From Leucoraja erinacea (lineage: Eukaryota): DNA of 64,000 nucleotides. This document shows positions 37,604 to 49,037 of the stretch, piece by piece. The notes beneath the pieces are model-generated. The model was given only the letters and a program-made list of their open reading frames with translations, was not told the origin of the DNA and made no database searches. Both the position numbers and the translations under genes were made by a program. Positions within the stretch are counted from its first letter, which is position 1; each line of letters starts with the position of its first letter. The stretch is from assembly GCF_028641065.1 (NCBI RefSeq), contig NC_073407.1, positions 8,308,001-8,372,000 of the forward strand, in the 5' to 3' direction.

Positions 37604-39187
37604 TATTTCCACAGAGGCAGAGGCATCAGATGAGCACAAGGCGTGGGTCACGTGACCATCATCCCAGGTAGGACTGACAATTGGCCAAGGCAACTTTTTA
37701 TTTTGGCATCATTGCAGGAGGCAGCGTGAGAGGAGGTGCAGTCACACAAAGGGTGGTGGGTGTATGGAACAAGCTGCCAGAGGAGGTAGTTGAGGCTGGG
37801 ATTACCCCAACGTTTAAGAAGCAGTTGGACAGGTACATGGATAGGACACGTTTGGAGGGATATGGGGCCAAAATGCAGGCAGGTGGGACTAGTATAGCTG
37901 AAACATGTTGGCCGGTGTGAGCAAGTTGGACTGAAGGGGCTGTTTCCATGCTGTATCACTCTATGACTCTATGACTCCAAGGTGACTGATGGAGTTAGTC
38001 GGTAGCCTGTTCCCTGTGGCGGAGAGATTGAGAAAGGGGAAAGTGGTGCCAGTTGTAGTCCAAGTGATTTTGAGGACAGGGCGGAAGTCGAGGAAATCAA
38101 GGAGTTTTCATAAAGTCTGAAGAAGGGTCCCCTCCCCCTGTGTTTTTATAGCTACCAGAAGAAGAAATTAACCTACAAACCTGCACGACTTGTGGATGTG
38201 GGGGGAAACCGGAGCACCCGGAGGAAACCCACGTGGTCACAGGGAGAAGGTGTAAACTCCGTACAGACAGACAGCACTCAAGGTCAGGATAGAACAACCC
38301 AGGTCTCTGGCGCTGTGAGGCAGCAGCCCTACCAGCTGCACCACTGTGCAGCCCTATATCCCTCCAATCCATGCACACCAGGGACTCTGAGATGTATTTC
38401 AATAACTGTCTGGGATTTGCACATAAATTTGCATCAATTAATTCCTTTATGCAGTTTTGTCTTTAACAATCCACAACTGATTTAAGGCCTGGTGCCTTCA
38501 GAGTGGTGTTTACAGCCAGTGAGGATAGTTTGTGTGCAGCAAGCAGGATGTTACATCTGTCAGCCTGCGTGAGGCAGTGAGACGGCAGGACACGGTTATA
38601 AAAACACGGTTTAAAGAGAAACCCTCATCTCCAGCAGTTTACGACATTCCATTCCAGATGTTGAAATGTTCTCCAGATGTTTTCTTCACCATTTCATGCC
38701 AACGGCGCTCAGTAAATCTGCCTTAAATTTAAAAATCACTTCCTCTATTGTCTGTGGAAAGCAATTTGAACTAAACTCCGCCATTAAATAAAGACTCAAT
38801 AGGAGTGGCATTAATTTTTAACGTCTAGCATAGATTAGAGATTTAGCATGGAAGCAGGCCCTTCTGCCCATCCAGTCCACTCTGACCATCGATGACCCGT
38901 TCACACTCGTTCTATGTCACACAAAGTGTATGGACTGAGCTGCCAGAGGAGGTAATTGAGGCAGCTACTATTGCAATGCTTAAGAAACATTTAGACAGGT
39001 ACATGGGTAGGATAGGTTTAGAGGGATGGGACTAGAGTAGATGGACATGTTGGTCTGCATGGGCAAGTCCGTCTGAAGGGGCCTGTTTCCACACTATTAC
39101 TCTACAACTCTCTCTCTCTCTCTAAATGGAAGAACCCTTTTCCTGCACTGTTGCTCATTAGTTCCAAAATCTGCCACCAGGGATAAC

Positions 39188-39309
39188 TTCCTGTCTGAAG
39201 TCTGAATAACTAACGTCTGAAGAACGGTTTCGGCCCGAAACGTTGCCTATTTCCTTCGCTCCATAGATGCTGCCTCACCCGCTGAGTTTCTCCAGCACTT
39301 TTTTCTACC
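39188..39309 (+). mobile_element. Short hammerhead-headed PLE unit with TSD
   Basis: GTCTGAAGAACGGTTTCGGCCCGAAACGTTGCC at 39215, flanked by direct repeat ACCAGGGATAAC (39176-39187, 39307-39318). Confidence 0.75.
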
Positions 39310-40659
39310 AGGGATAACGTTATCCCAGCATCTACCCTTCAAAATCACCATTTCATTTTTTGAATCTGCAGCAAGCTCCTCCCCAGCTATTGTGTGCAGT
39401 TCTGGTCGCCCCATTACAGGAAAGATGAGGAGCTTTGGAGAGGGTGACGGAGAGATTCACCAGAATGTTGCCTGGATTAGAGGCAATGAGGTCCAAGGAG
39501 AAATTGAACAAGCCAAGATTGTTTTCTCCAGAATGACGAATATTAAGGATTGATCTGATAGAAATTTACAAAATTATGAAAGGTTTGGATAGGGTAGACA
39601 ATCAGAGTCTTTTCCCAAAGGTGGAAATATCAAATACTAGATTGGAAATCAAACATTGAGACAACAACCCAAGGGCTAGATCCTGGTAGAGTTGGTGTGA
39701 AAGTGGGGGATGTAGGATTAGTGTTAGTGGGTGGTTGTTGACCAGGCAGACCTATGCTCAAGGGATTTGTTAAGACGCTGAGTGACTCTGTGAACTCCAG
39801 GAAACAAACAGGTTTTACCTCACAATTTATAGTAACCAGAATACACCAACTAGTTGAGTTACTGTACATCAGGTGGAAACAGATAAACTATGGAAATAAA
39901 GCATAACGTTGCAACCAGTTTCCGAGCTGGTCAGGGACAGTTCAGACACGATGGGCCGAACTGCCTTCGTCCCTGCAGCAACTTCCCCCTGCATTTCAAG
40001 GGAGTGTCACCCTCATTTCAGGCTGATTTACATCAGCTTGGTGCGCAATGTTTGAGCACTGGCTAGATTTATGTCTCTGCTTCTGTTTACCATGCAGTTG
40101 TTCTGAAAATTGGACCTTTGGGTAATTATTGAATATGCATTGTTTAGTTTTTGTTATTAAGCAACTCGATGCCTGACAATGGGACTGTCAGAATCAGTAA
40201 ATGAGATTACTGATTTGTTCTCTTCGAGTTACCCACATTGTTCAGATATCCAGTGCGACCATGCACTTCAACCTACTATTCAGACATTGTGAAAGTAATT
40301 CGTAACAAAAAAACGCACTGGTGCACAAAACACAACAATAGGTGGGTAAATGTGTGCCATAGTCTAGGGAGCAGACAGGTCTTACCATGGGTGTGAGTGA
40401 ATTGTGCTAATTGGGACATCCCTGGACCTTATAAGTGGATTGGAGGGTTTTAGCTATGATGCGACGTTGGACAAACTTGGATTGTTCTCTCTGGAGTGTT
40501 GGTGGCTGAGGGGAGACGTGATAGAAGTTTATAAAATTACGAGAGGCATAGATAAGATAGACAGTCAGAACCTTTCTCCCAGGGTGAAAATATCAAATAA
40601 GAAAGGGTATAACTTTACATTATATTTTAATACATCCTCAATCCTGAGGAACTACCCAG

Positions 40660-41015
40660 AATACTGGTTGACATTAGTTAACACACACTGGATAACAGGG
40701 GCGTGCATTGGATAACATGTTGTTCGCTGGATAACAGTGTCCACTGGATAACTGTATACACTGGATAACTTTCAGTACACTGGATGGCATGGCATATCTG
40801 GCTTAACACCATGCACTAGATAGCACGGTGTTCACTGGATAACAGTGTCCACTGGATAACAGTGTCCACTGGATAATAGTATACACTGGATAACATACCA
40901 GGTATACTGGATGACATGGTATATTTGGATTAACACAATATCCATTGGACAACACAAGGGTATACTGGATGGCATGGTATACAGTATTAGCATTAACACA
41001 GTGTACACTGGATAG
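40660..41015. repeat. Degenerate ~18-bp minisatellite (CACTGGATAACAGTGTC-like)
   Basis: More than 12 recurrences of CTGGAT(A/G)(A/G)C. Confidence 0.85.
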
Positions 41016-41194
41016 ACTAGTGTCAATTAATCTTAGTTAGAAACAGAACTGCAACCTGTGGAGAGATTACGATGCAATATGAACAAATTTCATTCAACAT
41101 TCAGATTAATTGAAGTTTTCGGCAACATTAAATTTTGCACGATAATTGATTTTAATGATAATTCATACATTAGTCTGGGCAAGGAGTGTAGGGA

Positions 41195-41411
41195 GGAACT
41201 GGTTTAAATCGAAGATGCTGGAGTAACTCAGCGGGACAGGCAGCATCTCTGCGGAGAAAGAAATGAGTGACGTTTCTGGTTGAGACCCTTCTTCAGACTG
41301 AAGTCTGACCCTTCTTCAGTCTGATGAAGCGTCTCGGCCCAAAACGTCACCTTTTCTCTAGAGATGCTGCACTGCCCCGCTGAGTTACTCCAGCATTTTG
41401 TGTGTATCTTT
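41195..41411. mobile_element. Inverted pair of hammerhead-headed PLE units
   Basis: Minus copy ends ...GACCCTTCTTCAGACTG and plus copy starts CAGTCTGATGAAGCG...; flanked by GTCTGG(G/A)CAAG repeats. Confidence 0.75.
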
Positions 41412-41885
41412 GGTCTGGACAAGACTGGCCACAGGCTGACCCGTGGCTCATGTTGGCGAGGCTGGTGTGAAGCTGCGTGCCGGGTCCAGCATTAGTCCTG
41501 TCTGGTACACGCGCTCCTCGACACTGAACACAACTATTTATCTTCACCCATCGTTTTAACTGCCGCCGTCTATCCAGGAGCAGTTTGATATTAATCTCTC
41601 TCTCTCTGGCCACCCCTCATACATCTTACTCTGTCGGCACTGATGGAAGCGGTAATCTATTTTTCTGCGTCAGTTACTGAATTAGAGTTAGAAAAATGTT
41701 CAGTCGCCCAAGGGAGTCAATTTCCCAACTTAATTCTTGCCGATCCTGAGCTGAGCTGAGCTGAGCTGAGGAGAACCTGTTATCTCCAGCTTCATCCCAC
41801 AAGGGCCCAGATCCCAGACTGACGATTCCTCTGGTCTTCAAGCCCGGCACCAAGGCCTCTATCGTGTAATGTAACCCAGACTGTG

Positions 41886-42165
41886 TGCACGGCGGCGCAG
41901 TGGTAGAGTTGCTGCCTTACAGCGCCAGAGACCCTGATTCGATCCTGACTATGGGTGCTGCTGTACTGAGTTTGCACGTTCTCCCTGTGACCGCATGTGT
42001 GTTCTCCGGGAACTGCGGTTTCCTCCCACGCTCCAAAGACGTGCAGGATTGTAGGTTAACTGGGTTCTGTAAATTGTAAATTGTCCCTAGTGTGTCGGAT
42101 GGGATGATCGCTGGTCGGCGTGGACTCGATGGGCCGAAGGGCCTGTTTCCATGCTGAATATCTAA
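41886..42165 (+). mobile_element. HE1-like V-SINE
   Basis: GCACGGCGGCGCAGTGGTAGAGTTGCTGCCTTACAGCGCCAGAG head and shared core. Confidence 0.8.
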
Positions 42166-42770
42166 AATCTCCACAATTAGCTGCACACTCTGTCCCTCTT
42201 ACAACTGAATATGTGAAACATATTAGAGTTTTGGAATAAGAGAGTAAGGAAACAGGCTCTTTGGCCCATCAAATTCATGCCATCCATCGACCACTCATTC
42301 AGACCAATCCTACATCAATTCCCACATTCCTGTCAACTCACTACACACAATTTACAGCAGTAGATTAACCTACCGACTCGCATGTCTTTGGGATGTGAGA
42401 GAGAACCAGAGCACCCAAGCAGTCATGTGGACAACGTGCAAACGCCACACAGACAGCAACCAAGGTCAGGATCAAACCAGGACCTGGTAAAATTGTATTA
42501 TGATCGCTGGTCGGCACGGACTCAGTGGGCTGAAGGGCCTGTATCCAAGCAGTATCTCAAAAGTCAAAAGTCTAAAGTAAAATCTAAATCTTTCCCCACT
42601 CATCTTAAACCTCTGCCCTATGGTTCTTGATTTCCCTACCCTGGTAAAAGCCTATTCACCCTTGTAATGTTATACACCTCTGTAAGATCACCCCTCAGCC
42701 TCCTGCACTACAAGGAATAAAGCGCTATAGAGACCGCTCTAACATTCAGCTAAGCATGGTTGCAGCTTAC

Positions 42771-42865
42771 CTCATATAATAAGCAGCCAAGTGACCAAAC
42801 ATCGGATTTGAAGTTGTAACCATTTTCATGTATTCTTTCTGGAGACATGTAGTACGGCGTTCCAA
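42771..42865 (-). CDS. NEK6: NEK6 internal exon (P+1 loop, SPE motif)
   Basis: tacag|TT...GAG|gtaag, 95 nt. (V)[31 protein letters not shown]. Not in the ORF track. Confidence 0.96.
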
Positions 42866-43069
42866 CTGTAATACAAAGGAAAACACTGAAACTACAGCCT
42901 ACAGCTTTATTAGCGACAGGTTCTTAGATCAACGTCGAAGGACGCCATTGAGCCCAGGCCCGTTCCCATGGGAACGATCCCATGTGCAAAGCCTGGCAAG
43001 TGATAGGTGGATATAGTCATTCGATCTTTTCAAAAGGGTATGGAACCGAGGCAACAAGATGGAAGTTAT

Positions 43070-43939
43070 CCCATCAGTCACCCTACCACCTAGTCGACGG
43101 CAAGCTACCGACAACCAGCGACCCATTAGGATGTCCACCTACGACCACACCTATGACAACCTACGACCACACAGGCGACAACAGAGTCAACTGGTCAAAT
43201 GGCCTAATTCTGCTCCTATGTCTTGTGATTTTAGGGTCAAATTTGGTGTTGACCTTTGACACGAGGACCACACAGGCGACAACAAGGGGAAATCCTTTAA
43301 AACCGAGATGAGAAGAACTTTTTTCACGCAGAGAGTGGTGAATCTCTGGAACTCTCTGCCACAGAGGGTAGTTGAGGCCAGTTCATTGGCTATATTTAAG
43401 AGGGAGTTAGATGTGGCCCTTGTGGCTAAGGGGATCAGGGGGTATGGAGAGAAGGCAGGTACGGGATACTGAGTTGGATGATCAGCCATGATCATATTGA
43501 ATGGCGGTGCAGGCTCGAAGGGCCGAATGGCCTACTCCTGCACCTAATTTCTATGTTTCTATGTTTCTAACATATGACAACCGAAGTCAACCTACGTCCA
43601 CCCGACAACTGGCGACAACTGAAGACAATTCAGAAGCCGGCACCTGTCGCCGGATGACGGAGGTTGACATTGGTAGTCGCCAATGGAATTCACCGAAGTC
43701 ATCACCCGGCGACAACCAACGCCACCTACAACAGCACCTATGACAGGAGAAGACAAGCTACGTCAAGCCCACATTCGCCGAAAGGTTTTGAACATTTCAA
43801 AATGCAGCGGCGACAAGAAAAAAGTTACGACTCTTTTAGGCGACTTGAGGAGACAACTCACGACCATACAGGCACCACCCCGTGACCATGTGCCGACAGC
43901 CTAGTCGTCCAAAAAAGTTGCCTAAGTGGGACAGGGGCT
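43070..43939. mobile_element. Right part of a Harbinger-like non-autonomous element, interrupted by CR1
   Basis: Many CGAC(A/C)AC subterminal motifs, palindrome TTTTGAACATTTCAAAA, and terminus AAGTGGGACAGGGGCT|TTA. Confidence 0.65.
43285..43568 (+). mobile_element. Young CR1 (HER1-like) LINE 3' end
   Basis: FFTQRVVNLWNSLP..., 3' stem-loop and (TTTCTATG)n tail. Nearly identical copies at 44623-44874 (+) and 51915-52345 (-). Confidence 0.85.
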
Positions 43940-44622
43940 TTATTGATATTGGTATATTATTGTCATGTTTTCCGAGAGAGTGTGAAAAGCTTTATTTTGG
44001 GTTCTCGAGGTAAATAAGACCAGACATGAGTACAATCAACTCATACACGTGGTGCAAAGAGAAAATAAAGCAGAGATTTATAGACTCTTGATTAGTAAAG
44101 GTGTCAAAGGTAATGAGGGGGAAGCAGGAGAATGGGGTTGAGAAGGAAAAATAGATCAGCCATGATTGAAGGGCAGAGCAGAGTCAACTGGTCAAATGGC
44201 CTAATTCTGCTCCTATGTCATGTGATTTTAGGGTCAAATTTGGTGGTGACCTTTGACACGAGGACAGCGGGAGATTTGTCCCAGCAACTGTGAGCAATGT
44301 TCTCAGGAAATGCCGCTCAAAAGAATAGCAACGTGTTCTTCCCAAGTCAACCTGAGGAAGTCCAAAGAACTTGATAATCTCCATTCTTCCATGGTCACTT
44401 TAGTGTCATTGGTAAGGCGCTACAGAAATTCATGACTCCTTCCAAATGCAGTCAAAACAGCACATTAAGAATGTCTCTTCAATGGCTGTTTGCATTTCAA
44501 AGCTCGTGAAGCACATTGCATGCAATAATTCCTATTTACTGAGTGTGGAGTGCATTAGTGTGGGTTGATCCAAATTAAGAATGCAGAAACAAACTGCAGA
44601 TGCTAGTTGATACCAAAGATAG

Positions 44623-44874
44623 ATTTTTTCACACAGAGAGTGGTGAATCTCTGGAACTCTCTGCCACAGAGGGTAGTTGAGGCCAGTTCATTGGCTATAT
44701 TTAAGAGGGAGTTAGAAGTGGCCCTTGTGGCCAAGGGGATCTGAGGGTATGGAGAGAAGGCAGGTACGGGATACCGAGTTGGATGATCAGCCATGATCAT
44801 ATTGAATGGCGGTGCAGGCTCGAAGGGCCGAATGGCCTACTCCTGCACCTAATTTCTATGTTTCTATGTTTCTA
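44623..44874 (+). mobile_element. Young CR1 3' end inserted into a PLE unit
   Basis: Same sequence as 43320-43568; the host PLE motif AAAGATAGA/TACAAAGTGCTGG is split. Confidence 0.85.
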
Positions 44875-45084
44875 GATACAAAGTGCTGGAGTAACTCAGC
44901 AGGTCAGGCAGTATCTCTGGAGAAAAAGATTAAAAGACTGGTTATGTTTCAGGTTGGGGCCCTCCTCAGACTGAAATAATTAATGACAATTAATTAATTA
45001 ATTAAAAATTAATGAATTGAATAATTTAATTAAAACATTGATTTCTGTTGGACCATGTAGTGCGTTTGATAAGCTGCTGAATTA

Positions 45085-45410
45085 GCTACCGTCAGCCACA
45101 GACTGGTTCCACCAGGATGCAGTACAGATTGCCACAGGAGATCCTTTTCCCCCTGTGGCCATTAAACTGTACAACACTTCCCCCTTCTGTCGTGGGGGAG
45201 ACTGACTTCCCTCACACCCCATCCCCCAGACCCCCCCCTCACCACCCCCGGATCCCCCCCCCCCCCCCCCCCCTCCCCAATCTTTGCACCTCCCCAATCC
45301 TTTCCACTCGTCACTTTAATTTCATGTTTCATGTATCTTGCATTTTATGACGGTTGGCAGATCAATTTCCCTCCTGGGATAAGTAAAGTTCTACCTTATC
45401 GTATCGTATC
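45085..45410 (+). mobile_element. Rex1/Babar-like LINE 3' end
   Basis: HRLVPPGCSTDCHRRSFSPVAIKLYN resembles the Rex1/Babar SF.P.AIRLYN C-terminus; (TATCG)n tail. Confidence 0.6.
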
Positions 45411-45909
45411 GAAAATCTGCTCGAGTTTACAAATCCCAACTCATCCCTTGTATTTCCTTTAATTCCGTGGGTTCTGTACAAAAGCCGGGATTTTTTTTAA
45501 TATTCACCACCACAGGGAAATTTGTGGTTCATTTGCATTTCTCCGATTCACAAGTATGAGCCTTTACAGCCAGGAAGCCCAGAACGATTACAAGCTTCCT
45601 GGAGCTTAGGCAATATATGTTCAAGGCATCTCCTCGGGTGCAGACAGTGAGTGTTGCAGGCACTGGATCTACCTTTCAACAGAACACACTTAGCACAGGC
45701 GTATGTTCTAATAAGCGATAGGAACCTAAAACCCAAACAGGAACAGTTACAATCACTGCCCTGGAATGAAACATAACTCACACCACATGATGTGAGATGC
45801 TCCCAGATTAAGGGTGGTGAATCTGTGGAATTCATTGACAGCTGTGGAGGCCAAGCCAATGGATATTTTTAAGGCGGTCATTGTCAGATTCTTGATTAGT
45901 CCAGTGTTA

Positions 45910-46112
45910 AGGGCCTGTCCCACTTGGGAGTCATTTGCGCATCATTTACGTGACATCATTTACACGTCACGACGCCATGCATGCATTACGCGGGCGTGGT
46001 GGCGTATGCAATGACGCGCGGTAGCGTGCGGCGCCCCAGGATTTTGGGATTCTCAAAATCCTCGCGTGCCACGTGCGTGACGCGCAAATGACACCCAAGT
46101 GGGACAGGCTCT
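45910..46112. mobile_element. PIF/Harbinger-like MITE, 203 bp, intact
   Basis: TTA|AGGGCCTGTCCCACTTGGG...CCCAAGTGGGACAGGCTCT|TTA, inserted in a CR1 tail; CpG-rich and palindromic. Confidence 0.88.
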
Positions 46113-46227
46113 TTAGGTGTTATGGGGGAAGGCAGGAGAATGGGGTTGAGAGGGAGAGACAAATCAACCATGATTGAATGGCAGAGTAGACATGATGGGC
46201 TAAATGGCATAATTCTGCTCCTATAAC

Positions 46228-47267
46228 TAGGTATGTTGCAAAGCATACCTGAAGATCGCTGAAAATCTGTCCCAGCCCGTGTGCGCGATTTTGGCGCCGT
46301 TTAGAGGGGGGCGGGTTTAAAACGCGATTTTCCCTAGGCTGTTCAAATCGAGGTTTTTCAGCCTAGTTAATTATTAACGAAAAATCGCTGGAAGATTCCG
46401 TAGCTGGAGCTATTTTTAGTTTTAAGGGCTTTCTTTACTTGTTATAGTAGGTTAAAAATTAACCTCTAAACCCACGACCGCTGACAACGGGTCGGATCTC
46501 ATACAGGGGAAAACGGAAGGTAGGCTGTTTATTTTTACGTTAAAAAGGGCTTCTTAAGATCCCTTTATACAAAGTTTAATGTTGCGAGTAGCTAATTTGG
46601 GCCCCATTATATCCCGCAGTATTTTTCTGGGCATTTGAGGGCACAAATCTACCGCAATGTGAACGTTCTAAACCAGCGCGTTCACAGGATCCCACTAGAA
46701 AGCTGATTTAAATGGACTTTAATTTACAGCGATTGAACACTAAATTCCTTCCATTTGGCCTATAAATTAATGTAAATGAGATTTAAAAATCATGTTTTAT
46801 TGTGAATTATTTGTGAATATTATTTGGACACTTAGGCTATTTAAAAATGTTAATCATTTATTAAGAAATGGATAGATGTTTAGATCTAGTAATTGAAGTT
46901 TGAAATTAGCTACAATTGGGTAACTAACTAATTATATGCTTTAATTTCAGGTCATCCAAGTAAGATTATTTTATATTTGTTTCAGAATGGTTCAATCTAT
47001 GATAACTGAAAATTTCATTCAGTTCTCTTAATTTTTAAGAAAGTTATGTGCTTTTGACTGTCCACGATCACAGCTTTTTTGTTATGTCCATAGAAAATCA
47101 ATAGGGAACAAGATGCTAATTTCCGAGTATGAAAATGGCCATAACTTTTTAAATACTTGAGATATGAAAGTGAATTAGGTGTCAAATTAAACTTCTTTTT
47201 ATGCTTTACCTGATGGGATAAATTGCAGACTTGATTTTTAAAATCTCAAAATTTTGTAACATTGCTA
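46228..47267. mobile_element. Non-autonomous hAT-like DNA transposon, 1040 bp, 7-bp TSD
   Basis: CTATAAC|TAGGTATGTTGCAAA ... TTTGTAACATTGCTA|CTATAAC: imperfect 15-bp TIRs, inserted into a CR1 tail. Confidence 0.78.
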
Positions 47268-47597
47268 CTATAACTTAGAAACTTAGTATATTCTACATGG
47301 GGATAGTTTATTTTTTTTAGTAACCAAAGTTATCAACGTATAATTTTTTATGTGTTGGAAAACAAAATATAGTGGCACAGCTGGTAGACTTGCTGCCTCA
47401 CACACCAGAGATCTGTGTTCGATCCTGTCCTCGGGCACTGTCTGTGTTGAATTTGCACATTCTCCCTGCAAGCGTGTCGGTTTCCTCCCACATCCCAAAG
47501 ACGCATTGGCTTTGTAGGTTAACTTGTCTGTAAAATTGTCCCTCATGTGTAGGGAGTGGGTGAGGAAAGTGGGATAACAGAACTTGTGTGAACGGGT

Positions 47598-48047
47598 GGT
47601 AGACAAAAAAGCTAGAGAAAATTAGCGGGTGAGGCAGCATCTATGGAGCAAAGGAATAGGCGACGTTTCTGGTCGAGACCCTTCTTCAGACCGATGTCGG
47701 AAGGGGGGAGGGGGGTTGGGAAAAAGAAAAGAAGAGGCGGAGATAGTAGGCTGTGGGAGAGCTGGGAATGGGAGGGGAAGGAGGGAGAAAACTAGGACTA
47801 CGTGAAATTGGAAAAGCCAATGTTCATACCTCTGGGGTGTAAACTACCCAAGCGAAATATGAGGTGCTGTTCCTCCAATTTGCAGTGGGCCTCACTCTGG
47901 CCATGGAGGAGGACAGGACAGAAAGGTCCGATTCGGAATGGGAGGGGCAGTTGAAGTGCTGACCCACCAGGAGATCAGGTTGGTTATTGCAAACTGAGTG
48001 GAGGTGTTGTGCAAAGCGATCACCAAGACTGTGCTTGGTCTCACCGA
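47598..48047 (-). mobile_element. 5'-truncated PLE nested in or beside a V-SINE (47372-47597)
   Basis: GETKHSLGDRFAQHL..V..NQPDLLVGQHFN GIY-YIG tail; hammerhead-like motif at 47660-47691. Confidence 0.85.
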
Positions 48048-48059
48048 GGTTGATCATAC

Positions 48060-48422
48060 GCTGAATAATCCAACCACATTTTTGTTTGGAAGTAGAAAGA
48101 AATAATAGAAATTGCATTCATTGCAACGTATAAAAATACTTGAGATACTGTATTGTAATTTTGCTGCATGTCATTGTGGTAACATATCATGTCTTGATTG
48201 GTGAATATGTTTAGTTTGTGACTTTATTTGAAGCAGAAATAATATGTGAATGCTTCATTGATCATAATTCCGACTGGTAACTACGCACTTCGTCCAAGCA
48301 CATTATCACACGTGTCATGCAAACCGTCTTAAATGACCACCTAAACTGTCATTTGGCAACATAAAAAGCTGCCGAGGTTGCCCGGCTGGCAACAGATTAA
48401 AAAAAGTTAAGTGAGAGCCCTG
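48060..48422. mobile_element. Possible hAT-like right end
   Basis: Ends TTAAGTGAGAGCCCTG (CAGGG terminus on -) with subterminal GGCAAC repeats. No partner TIR found. Confidence 0.4.
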
Positions 48423-48721
48423 CTATATCCGTGGCCGCGGCACCTCAGGAAGGCCTCCGCCGCGTGCCCTTTGTGGGTTGTGTTGAGGTTGAAACTATCA
48501 CCTCATTTCCAAGCGGTTTGACAGTGTTTGTGATGTGAATGAGCGCAGCCCCCAATACTTTATTGACCATTTGTGCTTCAGGCCGCTTGCATTTATAAAC
48601 CGGCTTTGTGCAGCTGATCAGCCTTCCCTCCCAGTAGCACATCCTCAGATTATGTGTTTTTACTGCAGCCAGCAAAGTGGCAAATGCACTGAAGATTTTG
48701 CCCTGACAAAGTGGCGCAGTC

Positions 48722-49037
48722 AGGGCAGCACAGTGGTGCAGCAGGTAGAACCACTGCCCCACACTACCGGAGAATCAGGTTTGTTCCTGACCTCCCAGTC
48801 TATCCGTACGGAGCATGTTCTCCCCATAACAGCGTGGGTTTCCTCTGAGTGCTCCGTTCCCTCCCTCATCACTAAGAGGTGCGGGTTTGTAGGTTAATTG
48901 GCCTCTGTAAATCTCCCCCAGTGGGCAGAGAGTACATATTGAAGTGGGATAACATGGAACTAGTGTGAATGGATGATCGATGGTCAGCGCGGATTCAGTG
49001 GGCCGTGGGGCCTAGTTCATGCTGTATCTCTAAACTA
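48722..49037 (+). mobile_element. HE1-like V-SINE
   Basis: GGGCAGCACAGTGGTGCAGCAGGTAGA head and CTAAACTAAA tail. Confidence 0.75.

Noticed and set aside
40660-41015. CRISPR-like regular repeats
   Set aside because: Vertebrate DNA, degenerate short units, no unique 30-40-nt spacers and no cas genes.
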